Below, piece after piece: positions 1-12,949 of a stretch of 64,000 bases of DNA. Made by a program: the position numbers and the translations under genes. How positions within the stretch are numbered: position 1 is the first letter of the stretch; each line of letters opens with the position of its first letter. The DNA comes from Camelus dromedarius (Eukaryota), in the NCBI RefSeq assembly GCF_036321535.1, contig NC_087436.1, positions 42,162,001 to 42,226,000 of the forward strand. The letters run 5' to 3'. A model generated the notes under the pieces. That model was not told the DNA's origin. It saw nothing but the letters and a program-made list of their open reading frames with translations, and did not search any database.

Positions 1-3000
1 CATTTCCTTTTCAAAGTGTGGATATTATATTGAATTTAAAGTAACTCTGCCTTAGTAATAAGAAATGATCACTTATTGCACAAAATAGGGTCACTGAGAG
101 TAAAAACTAATTGTAGATAGAAACTAACATAGCAATAAAATATTTTTTATTGTACAAAATTCAGTGAGGGCTTCAGGTTCTATTACTTAATAAATGAAAA
201 TGCTTTGTAACACCTGAGATATTTAATGTTGGTGTTAGACTTTGAGTAGATTTACACTGTAATTCTTTTATGTAAATAACACAGTATAATTTTACATGTA
301 GTTCTGATTTTTCAGTATGAACTTGGATTATATATTGCTTGTTGAATAAATCTGCCAGTTTTATCAAACTAGGCATATTATCAGAAATCTCCTGGATTAT
401 GTGAATTATTTCTTAAATTATGTCTTATTCACCCAAAGGTAAAGAGTGCAAATTATATACTTATTGTGTGCCTTTTGGTTTCCATATTTTGAAAATTAAG
501 AGCACTCAAGCTAGTCTCCCCCTGCCCTGAGTCAGAAGCTCAAATACCCAAGTTACTGGGAAATTGTAACATTTTGCAGAATTTGTAGAAAAATGACAAT
601 ATGAATATCTTAATTGTATGGATTTCTGAGGCACTGCTAACTAAAATTTGTTAGAAAAATGTTTTGCTATCTGCCAAAATTTTCACTAGCATTTTTGCAT
701 GAAATGATGTCTTTAAAAGCTGGCTAAAATTTTTACCATCTCAGAAGAAAGGAGGATAATGCATATTCTGGGGAATTTCGCTAATAGAACTCATTTATTC
801 TTAAACTTTGTCATATAAGATTTAAGTTTTCTATTTCAAATTGTTTTTGATTATACCAATTGCAAAAAAAGCATTCTCTTAATGTGATTTTGTATTTACA
901 AACCAGCTGAATTACTTAGAAAAAGAAAAAATAATTATATTTTCAATAATAAAGCAGACCACTGTATTTTCCCTTGAAGTTGTTTTGTCACTTTATTTCA
1001 GTTCTCTTGTTTTTAAATCTTTTTGAAGTGGAGTCATTCAATTTTAGCCGCATTTTGGGATTTGGTGAATAGCTGAGCTATAAAGAGAAAAGACAAGACA
1101 TAACTGATAGCCCCTGCACCACTGGCACCTAAAATACCACCAGCTGAACAGAAGGCTTGGTCAACGGTTGGTGAATGAATGAATAAAATGTATTTCTTAA
1201 ATAAGAACTTTCACAAACTGAAAGCACAAAAAATATGAAGTTAAGTCTGTTTAGTATATCCAGGACCATTACCATAGATTTGAGGGCTCATTCTGTGCTG
1301 GCCATTATGCTAAATGTTTTAAACACACACACACAAAAACTATTGTAAACATTTAGTGTAGTGGCTGGCACAGAGTATGTGTGCGGGCACGTGTGTGTGT
1401 ATGTATTTATGATAAGCTCATGGAGTAATTGTTGTCATACAAATAAGGAGTTCAGAAGATACAGATTAGTAAATGTTGGAGTGAGCCTTCAAAGTCTAGA
1501 CTCTCAGACAACCAGCGCCTGAGTTTGAGATACGACTCAAAAAATAAATTCCTGAGGATGTTCCTGATGAAGCAACAGATGGCATGGGCGTTACATCACA
1601 AGCCAGGAGTGAGTGTGGAGCTCTGTGGTGCACACAAAGGCTCTCTGACGTATTCTTGCCTCCTGAGTGTCCCCAAGTGCCCTGCACATACATCTGCACA
1701 TACATCATACATAGAGCACTTTACCTTTTAAGTACCAACGTGTCCTTGTCTCCCACCAGATCACAAGCTCCGTGAAGGAGAGGTTGCTCTTATCATCTGC
1801 AAACTCCCCTGATACTTAGCATATTGACTGGGACGTAACAGGTATCACTGAAAGTCAAATAATTTCCGCTCCCACCCCTTCAAGGCAGTTCCTAAGTTCT
1901 CGTGGATAAATATTCTTTCTTCAGTTCGCTACAATTGTGTATTTCAGAAGAGGTACTTACTGTACAATGGTCTGCAAAATGCTTCACAACAAACTGAACT
2001 TCTTTCATGTTGACTTCATTGCCAAGTTTTATGCGCCACAGTGTCTAACTGCAACGTCTAATGTGTCTAATTATTATGCAAAGCTGGAAGCTGCACACTG
2101 AGACAGGTCATCTATCGGGTCATCTGAGCACAAATATTCTTGCAGTTTTGGTGGAGACAGTAATGGGAGGGAAAACACCAGGATGGGAAAACACCTCTTG
2201 TCTCCGCAGTGCCTCACCACTACTGGCTCCCGGCAGGGAAAGAGGAGGGCTGGGGCAGGTGTCAGATCACATGAATAGCTGTTTCGAATCGGAGCCCTTT
2301 GAGGATCCAGTGGGGGAGAGTCCAGCTCAGTTGGAGAGGGGGGTTGTGTATCACAATCTGGGGGCAGGGGGAGGGGGCTGGGTAAGGTTTGGAGACAATT
2401 CTTTAAGGACAGTAACCCCAAACCTAAGTTAATAAATAAATATCAGCAGAGATTTTACCGGAAAATGGTCAATGTTGTACTTGGGAGGCTGCGAATGTCC
2501 TGAAATTGGAATATAATGTGTCTACATCCGCAAGAGAGAATCTCTAGCTTTCTTCAACTTCAGCCATAAACCGTTGCTTGAACCCAAATATTACTCCCCT
2601 CCCATCCTGGATATCCAGATTCTGCCTCTGTGTCTACGGGGAGGGAGAGTAAAAGTTATGGCTCCAGAGGGAAAAAGGATTGATGTCTTAATTCTCATTT
2701 GCACTCGACATGATGATGACCAGCTACAGAAATATTGGTAGAGGATCTTTTTGAAAAATAAATGAATAAATACCTTCTTGAAAACTTTACTTTTATTAGA
2801 GAATCTAGCCCAAGTGTGGAAAATTTAAAATCACTCTTTACCAAAACTGGCTAACAGTAAGCTTACTAGAAAAAAACAACAATAAGCAGTAAATACCTAC
2901 ACTTAACATTCTTAATTCTGGGACAATTTTATGATTCATGCTGATGTACTTGTAAGGTAAATCCTTCTGTTTAAAAATAATAAAAAAAAAATTCTCACAT

Positions 3001-3148
3001 GTAACACACTGTTTTCACACTCATATACACATATAAAAGTTGGGAGACCTGTCTCAGAAACACGTTTATAATGAATATACATATTATCGTGAAATAAAAT
3101 CTGAATAAAAATTTTATTCCAACAACATTTCTCTATTTTTAAATCATG

Positions 3149-3154
3149 TTTATT
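3149..3154 (-). terminator. Candidate main polyadenylation signal (AATAAA)
   Basis: Minus-strand AATAAA, followed ~22 nt later by TGTTGTTGG and U-rich sequence. A second AATAAA lies at 3118-3113. Confidence 0.55.
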
Positions 3155-4674
3155 GTTTAAGTTTTTATCACAGTGGAGATTAACTTATGCTTAATCATCC
3201 AATTAAGTGCCTACTGTCCACTTCATCCAATTCCAAAAAAGCAAAATCAACTCATTCATACACTCTAAGTCCTGTTACCATCCCACCATTCATTGCCTGT
3301 GTCTTTTTTCCCCTTTAACGGCAATATTATAAGATTGTGAAAAGGTATAACTAATAGGCTTATATGTGTAATACCATTTCTTCAAGTATTCAGGGAGCAA
3401 TATATTTGCCTGCATTGTACATTAGAAAACTACTTGTGACATTATTTCTAAGTACAGGAGAGCGGCTCCTGGTGGGCGTGTGATGAAGTTGTATGTCATA
3501 GTGTATGACAAGGATTTACAGCATTCTAGAATTTTCACAACTCTTCCCATGTTAGTGAATGTCATTAGGTAAATGTTCTATTCTTCTACTCTGGTCAGAC
3601 ATAAGATTTCAAACTACAAATAAATAAAGCATACACTCAACACGCGCAGTGCAAATGCTAAGTAAACAGGATGACACGGGATAAACTCATAGTTGCCAAC
3701 GAGGGAATGGTTTGGTCGGGTGGTCCTGATACTATGATGTCTGTAACTTAACCCCTATTCTCACACAAATACTGTCACTGTCCCCTGTCACCAGAATGGA
3801 TCGAAGAGCCTGCCGAGGTGGGAGTGGAGGGAGTGAGGAGGGAAGGAAGAAGGCATTTGCCAAACAAGTGGTACAAGTCTTCTGTCACTTCTTTCTATTG
3901 GGTTGAGCTTGACCTGCTAACCAGACCCCAAACCTCTCAGACAAGGCAGGTGCCCATATGGCAACTGCGAGTGGTCCAGTGAAAAGAATCTAACGTTGGC
4001 ACCTATGTCAGAGAGACTGCATGGCCCAGACAACAAAATGGGATGAAGAAGGCGGTTTTAAACTTAAAACTTTGGGAATATCACACCTGAACATTCAAAA
4101 ATTATGTTATAGAAAAGCCATCAAACCGTTACAAAAACATTCAAATAATGGCCCTGTTTAAAAATGCCACATAAGCAGTAATCTTCAGGATTTTGAACAA
4201 AAGTCAGAGCTTTGTTGCTTTGTCTTAATTATACACTTAACATAATGCTATTCATTAAAACGAAGTAGAAAAAAACTATAAAAATTCTCCCAGAGGCAAA
4301 TTATTGGCAGGAGGGGGAAACAGAAGTAAAATGTGACAACCAATTCACACATTTACTTAGGTGCGTGGTTTTCCCCGAGGGCTGTAAGAAGAGGAAAACA
4401 AAAACAAAAGAACAAAACAAAACGAAACAAAAACTGAAACAAATAAACAAAACCCCCTAAAAGGATAAAAACTGGTGCCATTTATCTTTCCATTTTCTTC
4501 CTCTGCATTCACTTTTGAGGGAAAAGTGTTCTTTCACGGTAGTGTTCTGAGTTCCCATATATATTTAAATCTAGAAAAGAAACATTTGGATCCTAACTTA
4601 CTATTTCATTTGTGAACATGTTGTACCTACAACAAATATAACGAGCAGCCAGCTAAAATCCTCTGAATTAGGAA

Positions 4675-4706
<32 letters not shown>

Positions 4707-4711
4707 ACACA
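4675..4711. repeat. (AC)n microsatellite in the 3'UTR
   Basis: (AC)13-AT-(AC)4-A read directly. Confidence 0.95.
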
Positions 4712-5061
4712 AACGAGTCTTTTTAAGAGAAAAGAAACCCTTCCTTACTGGGATATACATATATCAAGATTTAAAACTAAGGTCTGACACAGTCACTTAA
4801 TTGATTTAAATAATTAAGGCTTCTACAAGGTTCAGTGCCAACACTCTCTGCATCAGTATTCAAATAAAATACATTTTTTTGCATTTTAGGTTTGTGCTTT
4901 TTTACAGCCATCTTAATTCCACAGAATTTCATTAGTAAGATCAGATAAGGGGGTGTTAGAATTGTTTACTGATGTTTTACTTTTAGTGGTGGTTAGACTA
5001 AATTATAGCCATAAAAATTCAATGCCTGAACAGATTTGTTACTATCGGGTGGGCTGTTGGC

Positions 5062-5425
5062 TCATTTCACCTTCTTTTCGTGTTTAATATGGCCATTTCT
5101 TTTGTACTTGCCATTGAGAATGCCATTATGGTAATGTCCATTAACCGTGCTATGCTTATTTCTCGACCACAAACTTTTGATTTTTCTGTAGATAAATTTT
5201 GTCACCCAGGACAAGAGGAAGTAAAACAAGGCAGCACCAAGCAGAAGCACAAAGGCAACATCCAGTAAAAAATACTGACAGAAAGAGATTTTATGGACGG
5301 CGGCCCGTAGGTGATGGGCTCCGTTGTGACGGAGGATGTAATCGATCCAATAGACAGTCCGATTGACGGGGTGACCAGGTTGATCCTTGTGGATTTCTGA
5401 AAGCTTCTGAGCCGTCTGGCGGTAG
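5062..5425 (-). CDS. UGT8: UGT8 last coding exon (YRQTAQKLSEIHKDQ...HEKKVK*): TM helix and dilysine ER-retrieval tail
   Basis: Acceptor cctcccctccgcag|C. Hydrophobic FLLDVAFVLLLGAALFYFLLSWV, C-terminal KKVK, TGA at 5064-5062. Confidence 0.98.
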
Positions 5426-5574
5426 CTGCGGAGGGGAGGCAAGACACAGAATGATCATGTCGAGACAAGCTCAGGATCATGACTCCCTAAATTTAAAACT
5501 GGGGAAGATTAAAAAAAACAACTATCCTTGGTTAAGTGCCTTCCACACATTACCTTACGTTAGCATAGCAAAAT

Positions 5575-5680
5575 CAATTTTAAACAGATGAGGAAAATGA
5601 AAATTAGAGAGACGAAGTCACCTGACCAGATTCAGGTTCAAGTTTTTCTGACTCCAAATCCCATACTCCTATGCCATACC
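5575..5680 (-). mobile_element. MIR SINE fragment
   Basis: acagatgaggaaaatgaa...ctgactccaaatccc resembles the antisense MIR core. Bounds approximate. Confidence 0.65.
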
Positions 5681-8600
5681 ATACCTCTTATGCACATGGA
5701 ATCCCTCTCTCCATATGCTTGTAAATTCTATTAAGTCAGTGAGTCTCAGCCAGGAAGAGGGGTAAATTTAGTAGATTCTAAAAGAGAGGGATGGAGGAAA
5801 AATGGCAGAACTTTGTCTCAACACCTTTTTCTTTTAGCAGCAAGATTTAATTTTGTCCTGACTTGAAATAACATTAAGTGATAGTGTGAGATTATTATGT
5901 TTATTAAACAGACAAAAAGGAGTTGACAAGCACTCTGAAACTTATGTGACATTATAGGCTGTAGCTATTTATGTATGTATATATGTGTGTCTGTATAAAG
6001 AAAACTCTCTCTTAAATGATTAATAAATCAACTACAGAGGAAAATCACAAAAAGTGATAAAATATTATATCACCACTTTAATTTAAAATACGTAACTGCA
6101 CATTTGTGTGCCAATCTTTGACACTTGGCCAAAGTCCTTTTGAGCATGGATCCCTGATTAGAGTTTGCATTATTTAAACGTAGAACTAATTTCCACCAGG
6201 AGGTGGGCGAGCGAGAGTATCCCAGAACAAATTCACTTGGAAAGAGTGTGCAGGACAGGGTTGTTTGGTTGGAAATTAGGCTGGAAGGTGAACCTCGTTC
6301 ATGGGTGCTCAGAATGACAAGTAGCCTGGTTCTTAGAACCAGGAACCAACAGATTAGAGAGACTGGCTATTAAGCCAGAGTTCTGGGGAGGATTAAAAAA
6401 AAAAAAAAAAAAGAGACATGTTGGGAAGATCATTCAAAAGATCTCATTAATGGCCAAAAAGAAAACTGCCCTCCCTTTGTCAAAATGGCAGTGGGATTAA
6501 ACAGACAGGGGAAGTGGTGTAGTGGAAAAGCTGGCAAGGAGTCAGTAAGAGTCTGGATTAAATGTCAAAGAAATGAAAAAAAAACAGATATAACTGCAAT
6601 GTTTCCAACTTGGATGATCACCTGGTAGCCACTGCCAGGATACAGAAACACAGAACACAGGACAGGCTGGGGGAAATGATCTTACTTGGGGATGTAATGA
6701 AAGGTGAGGTCCAGAAAGCAGCTAGAAATGTGAGGCTGGAGCTATGGGATCATTAGTGCCTAATGAAAAAGCTATGAGTTAACTGCATATGCTATTCGTA
6801 ATTATTGATGAATATAAATACTTATGCACTGACTGGATAACCTTCTTGAGGTTATGACTTAGCTCTAGCCCTAACCATTAAACTTTAACAAATGTGAAAA
6901 GAACAAATTTGAGAAGCAAAAAAAAAAAAAAAAGAAAAAAAACCCAGTAGGGTCTTGCTGGGACTGAGAGAAAAAGCAAGTCAAGGCTATTACTTATAGT
7001 TTTCTTTCTATAGAGTCACGTAGATTGAGAAAAAGAGAGGAATATTATTAGCCTCATACTGCAGATTAGGAAAGAGCTGAAATGGTTAGGACCATGTCAT
7101 ACATTTGCTAAGTGGAACAGCTAAAAAGTCAGCCATAATGTTCTGACCCTCAAAGTCCATGATCTTTCTGCTAAGTCATATCGTCTGCCATGAATTGAAA
7201 AGTTCGTAAGAAAACTACAGAACACTGGAAAATGTTGGTTAACTATTGTTATCTTAAAATTGTTTTCTTATATTTTTTAATAATTACATAAGAAATTAAA
7301 AAGAAAAAGTACATTTTCTCTATCAAAACAGCCTCACAACAAAATGACTGTTCTACAATAAACCCAGTGGTATTAAAAGTGTAAAATCTCACCCAGCTAT
7401 TAAGAGGCCATCCTCACCTTGCTCTGTAACCTATCATTATTTCTAACTGATGGCAAAAGATAAATTAGAAACTTCTGAGTACTCTGCTTCGTGGGAAATT
7501 TCTCACAGGGTACAAGGACATCTTTAAAATACAGAAATGAAACATGGTATCTTAGAAAATTAAAGTCAACTTTCTATATCAACAAAGAAGGAGGATAAAA
7601 AAAATCTCAGGCACCTAATGTCACTGAGAAAATGACCCATTCTTTAGAGATGATACACAGATTGCATGTGACAAGGATTCCTCTGTGGGGACTCTGACTC
7701 CTGGCACTGCTGAAAAATCCAGTGCCTTCTATGGAACTCCAACAGGTGCACTGATCCGGGACCAGTCCTCCCCTGCCTCAGCTTCCATGAGCACAGAGTG
7801 AGGACTCGTCAGTCAGACCCTTAAACCCTCACCTGGGAGTGGACCTGCAAAGCTGGGTCTTTACTCATCAACCCAGTCTTCTAAGACTCTTCCTTTCAGA
7901 GGGAGCAAGTCCATTGGATCAACTGGGAAGGAGCATCGGGGATTTCACTGACCAGTCAGTTTGAAGGGGAGGAGGTAGTGTCCATGCGAGAAGTGTTCTT
8001 AAATTTAATGGTAAGTGGCACTGTCCTTTCAGCTAGTTCGCTTTACAATTCAAAATTTCTTCCAGTAGGAATGTGAAGATTGTAGGGGGAAAAGAACAGT
8101 GTGATTAAACTGGTCACTTAGGCTACTTCTAAACTATTCCTTTCAATGTCTTAGATAAAACTCCCTTTAATAAAAAACAAAATTATCTTGTAAGGGACTT
8201 CGTGACTTGCACATTGTATTTTACAAAAGACCAAATGTCTCCTGTTAAAAGTTAACAGTCACAGGCTGGGTATGTGCTAAGTTCGTAAGAATTAACTACC
8301 TATCTTTCTCTACAACTTGCTTTAATAAAATCTCCAGATTCAAAAGAATTCCTTTTAAAGAACAAAAGCAATAGCTTGTTATTAGATAAATCCAAACAAC
8401 AAGTAAGGGAAGAAGATGTGCTTTAAGTTATAAGTTAAAAAAAAAAGTAATAATCTTTTAACAATATTGGTTACTTCGTTTGCACTACAATAGCCTGGAT
8501 ACAATTTTAATGAATCAAATCAGCCTTTTCAATAATTACTGCATGTTAAATGTGGAACATTGTCATATATTTGAAACAAATAAAGATAAATGACTTCAGT

Positions 8601-9688
8601 TTACATATAATTACTTTTAGCAAAGAACACCCTACACAGATTATTGTCATTTTTATAGTGACTAAGACATCTTTCTACCCTGAACCTACAAAAGTCTTCA
8701 GTTAAATATTTAAACTTTTCAAGGGTTATATGCAAGTCTCTTATTTATCTCATCTGCATACTTTGGGGAAGGACATAAACTTATTCACTGCACAAAATAA
8801 AAACTATTTTGAAATCAAGCACTTAGATATACTTAAAGATTGCAGAGCTGGGGTTTAACTGCAGTGTGACCCAAGACTGTAGCCTGGTCTCTGATTTGGC
8901 CCCTCTTATGCCTCAGAGAACACAGCCAGACTCATTTCGTGTTGATAATCCAGCCTTTTGCTTTTTCTGTATGACAGACCCGATCTCAGCAGCTCTGCCA
9001 CTACCCCCTACAAACTCTTCTTGAGGGTGGCATTTTACAAATCTTTCTAAGAAAGCCTGTATGAGATACATCATTTTCCATGTGAACATCATGATTTGAA
9101 AAACACTAGACTTTTAAAAGAAAAGCTAAGAAACACAGATGAAAGGATCCCAAACTCAGGCACCTCAGATCACAGGACACACAGCCCCAGGCACCAGGAG
9201 TTGTGACCCAGATGCTGGATCCTTTAAGGGGTCATCAACTCATGAAGGCTGCCTCTGAGCCCACCCAGGGCAGCATAATGAACCGCAGTGTGCTCGCATC
9301 CAGCCTTTGGTATAAAAACTACATCGTTTTACATGAAAGAATTTTTCTTATTGTTGGTTGTTTCTTAGACTTGGCAGTGTTTCTCAATCCAGTGTTATAA
9401 TAGATTATATCCGGTTCTCAACAGGAAAAGCTCACACTCTTCCAGACCTTAACGTCATTTGAAATGTAAGATCAATTAAATGTCACATAAAAATGGGAAA
9501 ACTGCTGCTTTGTTGTAAAACTACGCAGGCCAACTCTCTACCCTTTGAGGCTCAGTTGTGAATGGTGTTAACTCAAGACACATCAAGAATTTAAGACACA
9601 AAATAAAATAAAGATTCTAATTCGTTATGCACCTGAGTGAATAAATCGGAGTTTCAGGGACACCCTGTGTTAGGGAGACCCAGCACCA

Positions 9689-9895
9689 GGTGGTTAAACA
9701 GCACTGGCTTTGGAGTCAGACAGTCCTGGCTCAAATTCCTACTGCAACAGCTGTGCAACCATGGGCAACTTATTTAAGCTCTCTGAGCTTCAAATGCTTC
9801 ATCTCTACAATACGAAAAAGGAAAAGGGTGATCTAGAGTTTCTGAGGATTAAAATGAGATAAACACAAATTTTGACACACTGTAGGGCCCCTATG
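9689..9895 (+). mobile_element. MIR SINE
   Basis: gtggttaaacagcactggctttggagtcagacagtcctggctcaaattcc...gggcaacttatttaagctctctgagcttc...gaggattaaaatgagataa. Confidence 0.85.
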
Positions 9896-10125
9896 GTAGC
9901 TTCTTCCTTCCCTTTGGTAAATCTTGGTAGAATATCATTCAAAGTCTGGCTAAATGATTGCTTTTTTAATTTTTCAAATGACAGAAACATGCACAAGGCA
10001 TTATACACAGGAACCTAAAGGATATTTCTACAATTGGTTTACTGACAACCTATTGGCAATAATCAGCTATTGACAAATGCTGTGGTAGACAGATTCACCT
10101 GCTTTAATATGAGTTGAAACCTCAC

Positions 10126-10345
10126 CTGGGGTTATTGATAACTTGCACTAGTGCTTCGTACAGCTCTCCTTCAGTCACCGTCTTCCACTCCAGCAGTATC
10201 CCCATGCCCTTTGCCTGTACCCGGGTCATAGTATCATAATGGTCTCCGAAGAGTGGGATTCCCACTACAGGTACACCGTGATACATAGTTTCAAAAATAC
10301 TATTCAAACCACCATGGCTCAGGAAGGCTTTAATATTTGAATGGC
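10126..10345 (-). CDS. UGT8: UGT8 coding exon 4 (HSNIKAFLSHGGLNSIFETMYHGVPVVGIPLFGDHYDT...VINNP-S), UDP-sugar-binding signature
   Basis: Acceptor ctttag|GC, donor CAG|gtgagg, 220 nt. The signature ends in D382-H383, not the DQ of glucuronosyltransferases. Confidence 0.97.
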
Positions 10346-12872
10346 CTAAAGAAGCATTAAAGAAGAAAACAACTTACAATATTGCAGATTACTCTAGGAA
10401 GAGATGTTCCAGAAATTTCTTAGATGTTGACATTATAATAAACATGCATTTCAGATATAGGATTTTTAAAGGCATAATTTCACTGATTCCTGCTCTATAC
10501 CAATTACAATGCTTGTTATATACGTAATTATCTGATTTGTATGGATCAATTAAAAGCCTTTTTTAAGTATTGAACATTTACAGCTTTAAGAAGTATATTA
10601 CAACCTTCTCTCAAAACACAAATATCACCTGGGATTTAAAATGTCCACTGCATTCAAATGGACAGTAATCAATAAGATGTCAATGAAAGCAAGAAACAAC
10701 GACAAATACCAGGGTGCAACCACATTCTATTAAACACAGACACCCACATTCTGGTTCCTCAAGCATTTATCTATGTTAAAGTCAAACACACCTTGTAAAA
10801 AAATATGTAAAAATGTGGGGCTGGATTCCAGATGTCCGTGAAGAGTTTCCGTGCTCATCCGAGGAGAACACACACATAGCACTCAGCATTCACACCATTC
10901 AAGTCACGTCACACCTGGGCTTCACAATCTTAGGGTCCAATTTTACATTTTAGGTATACATGCAAGTGGGGACAGACAGTTATAAAAATCAGTTATAAGA
11001 GATGGGACATCCTATCACATCCAGTTGTCATGGGGATAAAAGAGATAATTTCTCAATATTAATGAGGTATTTAAAAGTCCAGATCTCCTTGTGAGCAGAA
11101 AGACTTGCATAAGAGGTGTAAGACAAAGAAACACTGCACTCAGGAAGGGTATTTCCATGGCCAGGAAGGAACTACAGCTTGCAAAAACACAAATATTTCA
11201 AATAAACCCACGTCAAGTGAAACGGGAACTGTGTGTGTGACCCTGGGTCTTGGTGGGGCTCCAGGACTCTCCCACTCTGACATCTAGCGGGCTGGTCACT
11301 CAGTGTCTCTCGCCGCCCTGACCCACAAGTGGCTTCTTAACTCAGCGCACTGAAGGGATCTGCCCTCGTGGTGGATTTCAAGCTTTCTTTCCAGCAGCAG
11401 AACCCTTTTCCTTTGAACAAAACCTTACCGCCACCAAGCCCAGCCATGAAAAATAAAGCAGAGCTGATGCGTGGAGAGCAGGGGGAGGTGTGTGTGTGGA
11501 GGGGGGAAGACCCTGATTGGGTTCCTGCCTCTCATCCTGGAGGAATCTTGTACCATAGCTAGACACCAACAGAGGACCCACCAAGGTCATGGCTAGAGTT
11601 AAAAAGGATGCTAATCTCAGAAAAGGCAGAGAGCTGGGAGTCTGAGGAACCCAGAGGAGAAGTGAACTTGAGAAGGGCCTCTGGGTGTAGCTACATCCTG
11701 CTGTAGAGCCTCATGGAAGAAAAGCCTTGAGACCAGGCTGAGTGTTCCCAGACAGCTGTGTCCCAGGGCTGCCCTGAGATGGCTGATGGCCAAGATCTCT
11801 TACCTGCTTCTTTCCTACCTTCTATGGAATCTGAAGTCATAATAGCAAAGACAAAAAGGAAGAAAATACAATTACCAAAAAAGGTAAATTGTCTTATTTT
11901 TTTCTCAGTTTTACCATTTATAGAATAATATTTATAATAAAGTAGATGAATAGGAATTTTATATATATAATTTCTTACTGTTTTTTAGTTACAAATTTAA
12001 CTTGCAGGTTTTTAGGGGGTCAACTGAGCTTCTAAAAGATACTTCTCAAGAGTCTATTTTTAGGAACATAATTTAAAGCTGCTTTTACATAATCTGTTAG
12101 ATTAGAATTATTGAACAAATAAATGATGGTCAAGATTGCCAAAATCAATAATATTTTTATAATTTCCTTAATAAGTAATATCTTAAAGGACAATATGGCA
12201 TTATGTTTTCCTAGAAATTTAATACTATCTGTGCTTATTAAAGAGAATTATTTTGATTCAAATAATTCAAAAAAAGATATGCACATAATTGGTATTTTAA
12301 TTTTGAGTTGAGGATCAGAACTCCAGTAAGTAAATAAATCAAAAGAAAAAAATATTAAAAAATGCCCAGTGATTTAAGAGGAAATCGAGGCAGATAATCC
12401 AAATAAAGTTAAAACAAATTGACTGTTTCTTTGGCTTTCTGCTTCTCTGTGGTTTCAAACAAATGAATAACTTCAAATTTCCCTGGGTTCTCAGATACAT
12501 CTGTGATAAAACTATAATACAAATCTAAATTTTCACTGTTTTAATTTTAGTACTTTTAGCTGATCAGCCTAACTCTAGGCATAACTTTACACACCACTAA
12601 TTTATATATTGTTCAGCATATTTTTCAGAAAATGTAATTTGTGACTTATGTAAAAATTTTAATTTATAGGCCCAAATGATTATACTTTAAAATTATTCTC
12701 CAATGACTAAATATCTGACTTGTGGGTCTGAAATCTAGGACTTAAGATGCTAGATGACAGAATGACTCTATCATAAACTACACACAAACTGTACAAGCCA
12801 CTCAAGTGTAAAACTCACATTCACACAATTAAAATCTAAAAGCCCAGTAGGCACCCACATGTCATGACTTAC

Positions 12873-12949
12873 CAAGTAGGTCATTTTGCGGTAACCACTC
12901 TATGAGCTTGGTGTTGTTTCCTAGATTCTTGGGCTTCGTTCCAGAAAAC
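12873..12949 (-). CDS. UGT8: UGT8 coding exon 3 ([26 protein letters not shown])
   Basis: Acceptor ttttcag|G, donor TTG|gtaagt, 77 nt. Starts the UGT signature (WLPQNDLL) and holds the N333 sequon. Confidence 0.97.

Larger units (their letters stand above)
3130..5061 (-). other. UGT8: Probable UGT8 3'UTR (~1.9 kb; end approximate)
   Basis: AT-rich stretch after the stop codon with no recognised interspersed repeats, running to AATAAA signals at 3154-3149 and 3118-3113. Confidence 0.6.

Noticed and set aside
2061..2432. Overlapping 123-aa and 115-aa ORFs
   Set aside because: No recognisable homology. The region may be a degenerate hAT-like element (2256-2630), but the terminal-repeat match is too weak to call.
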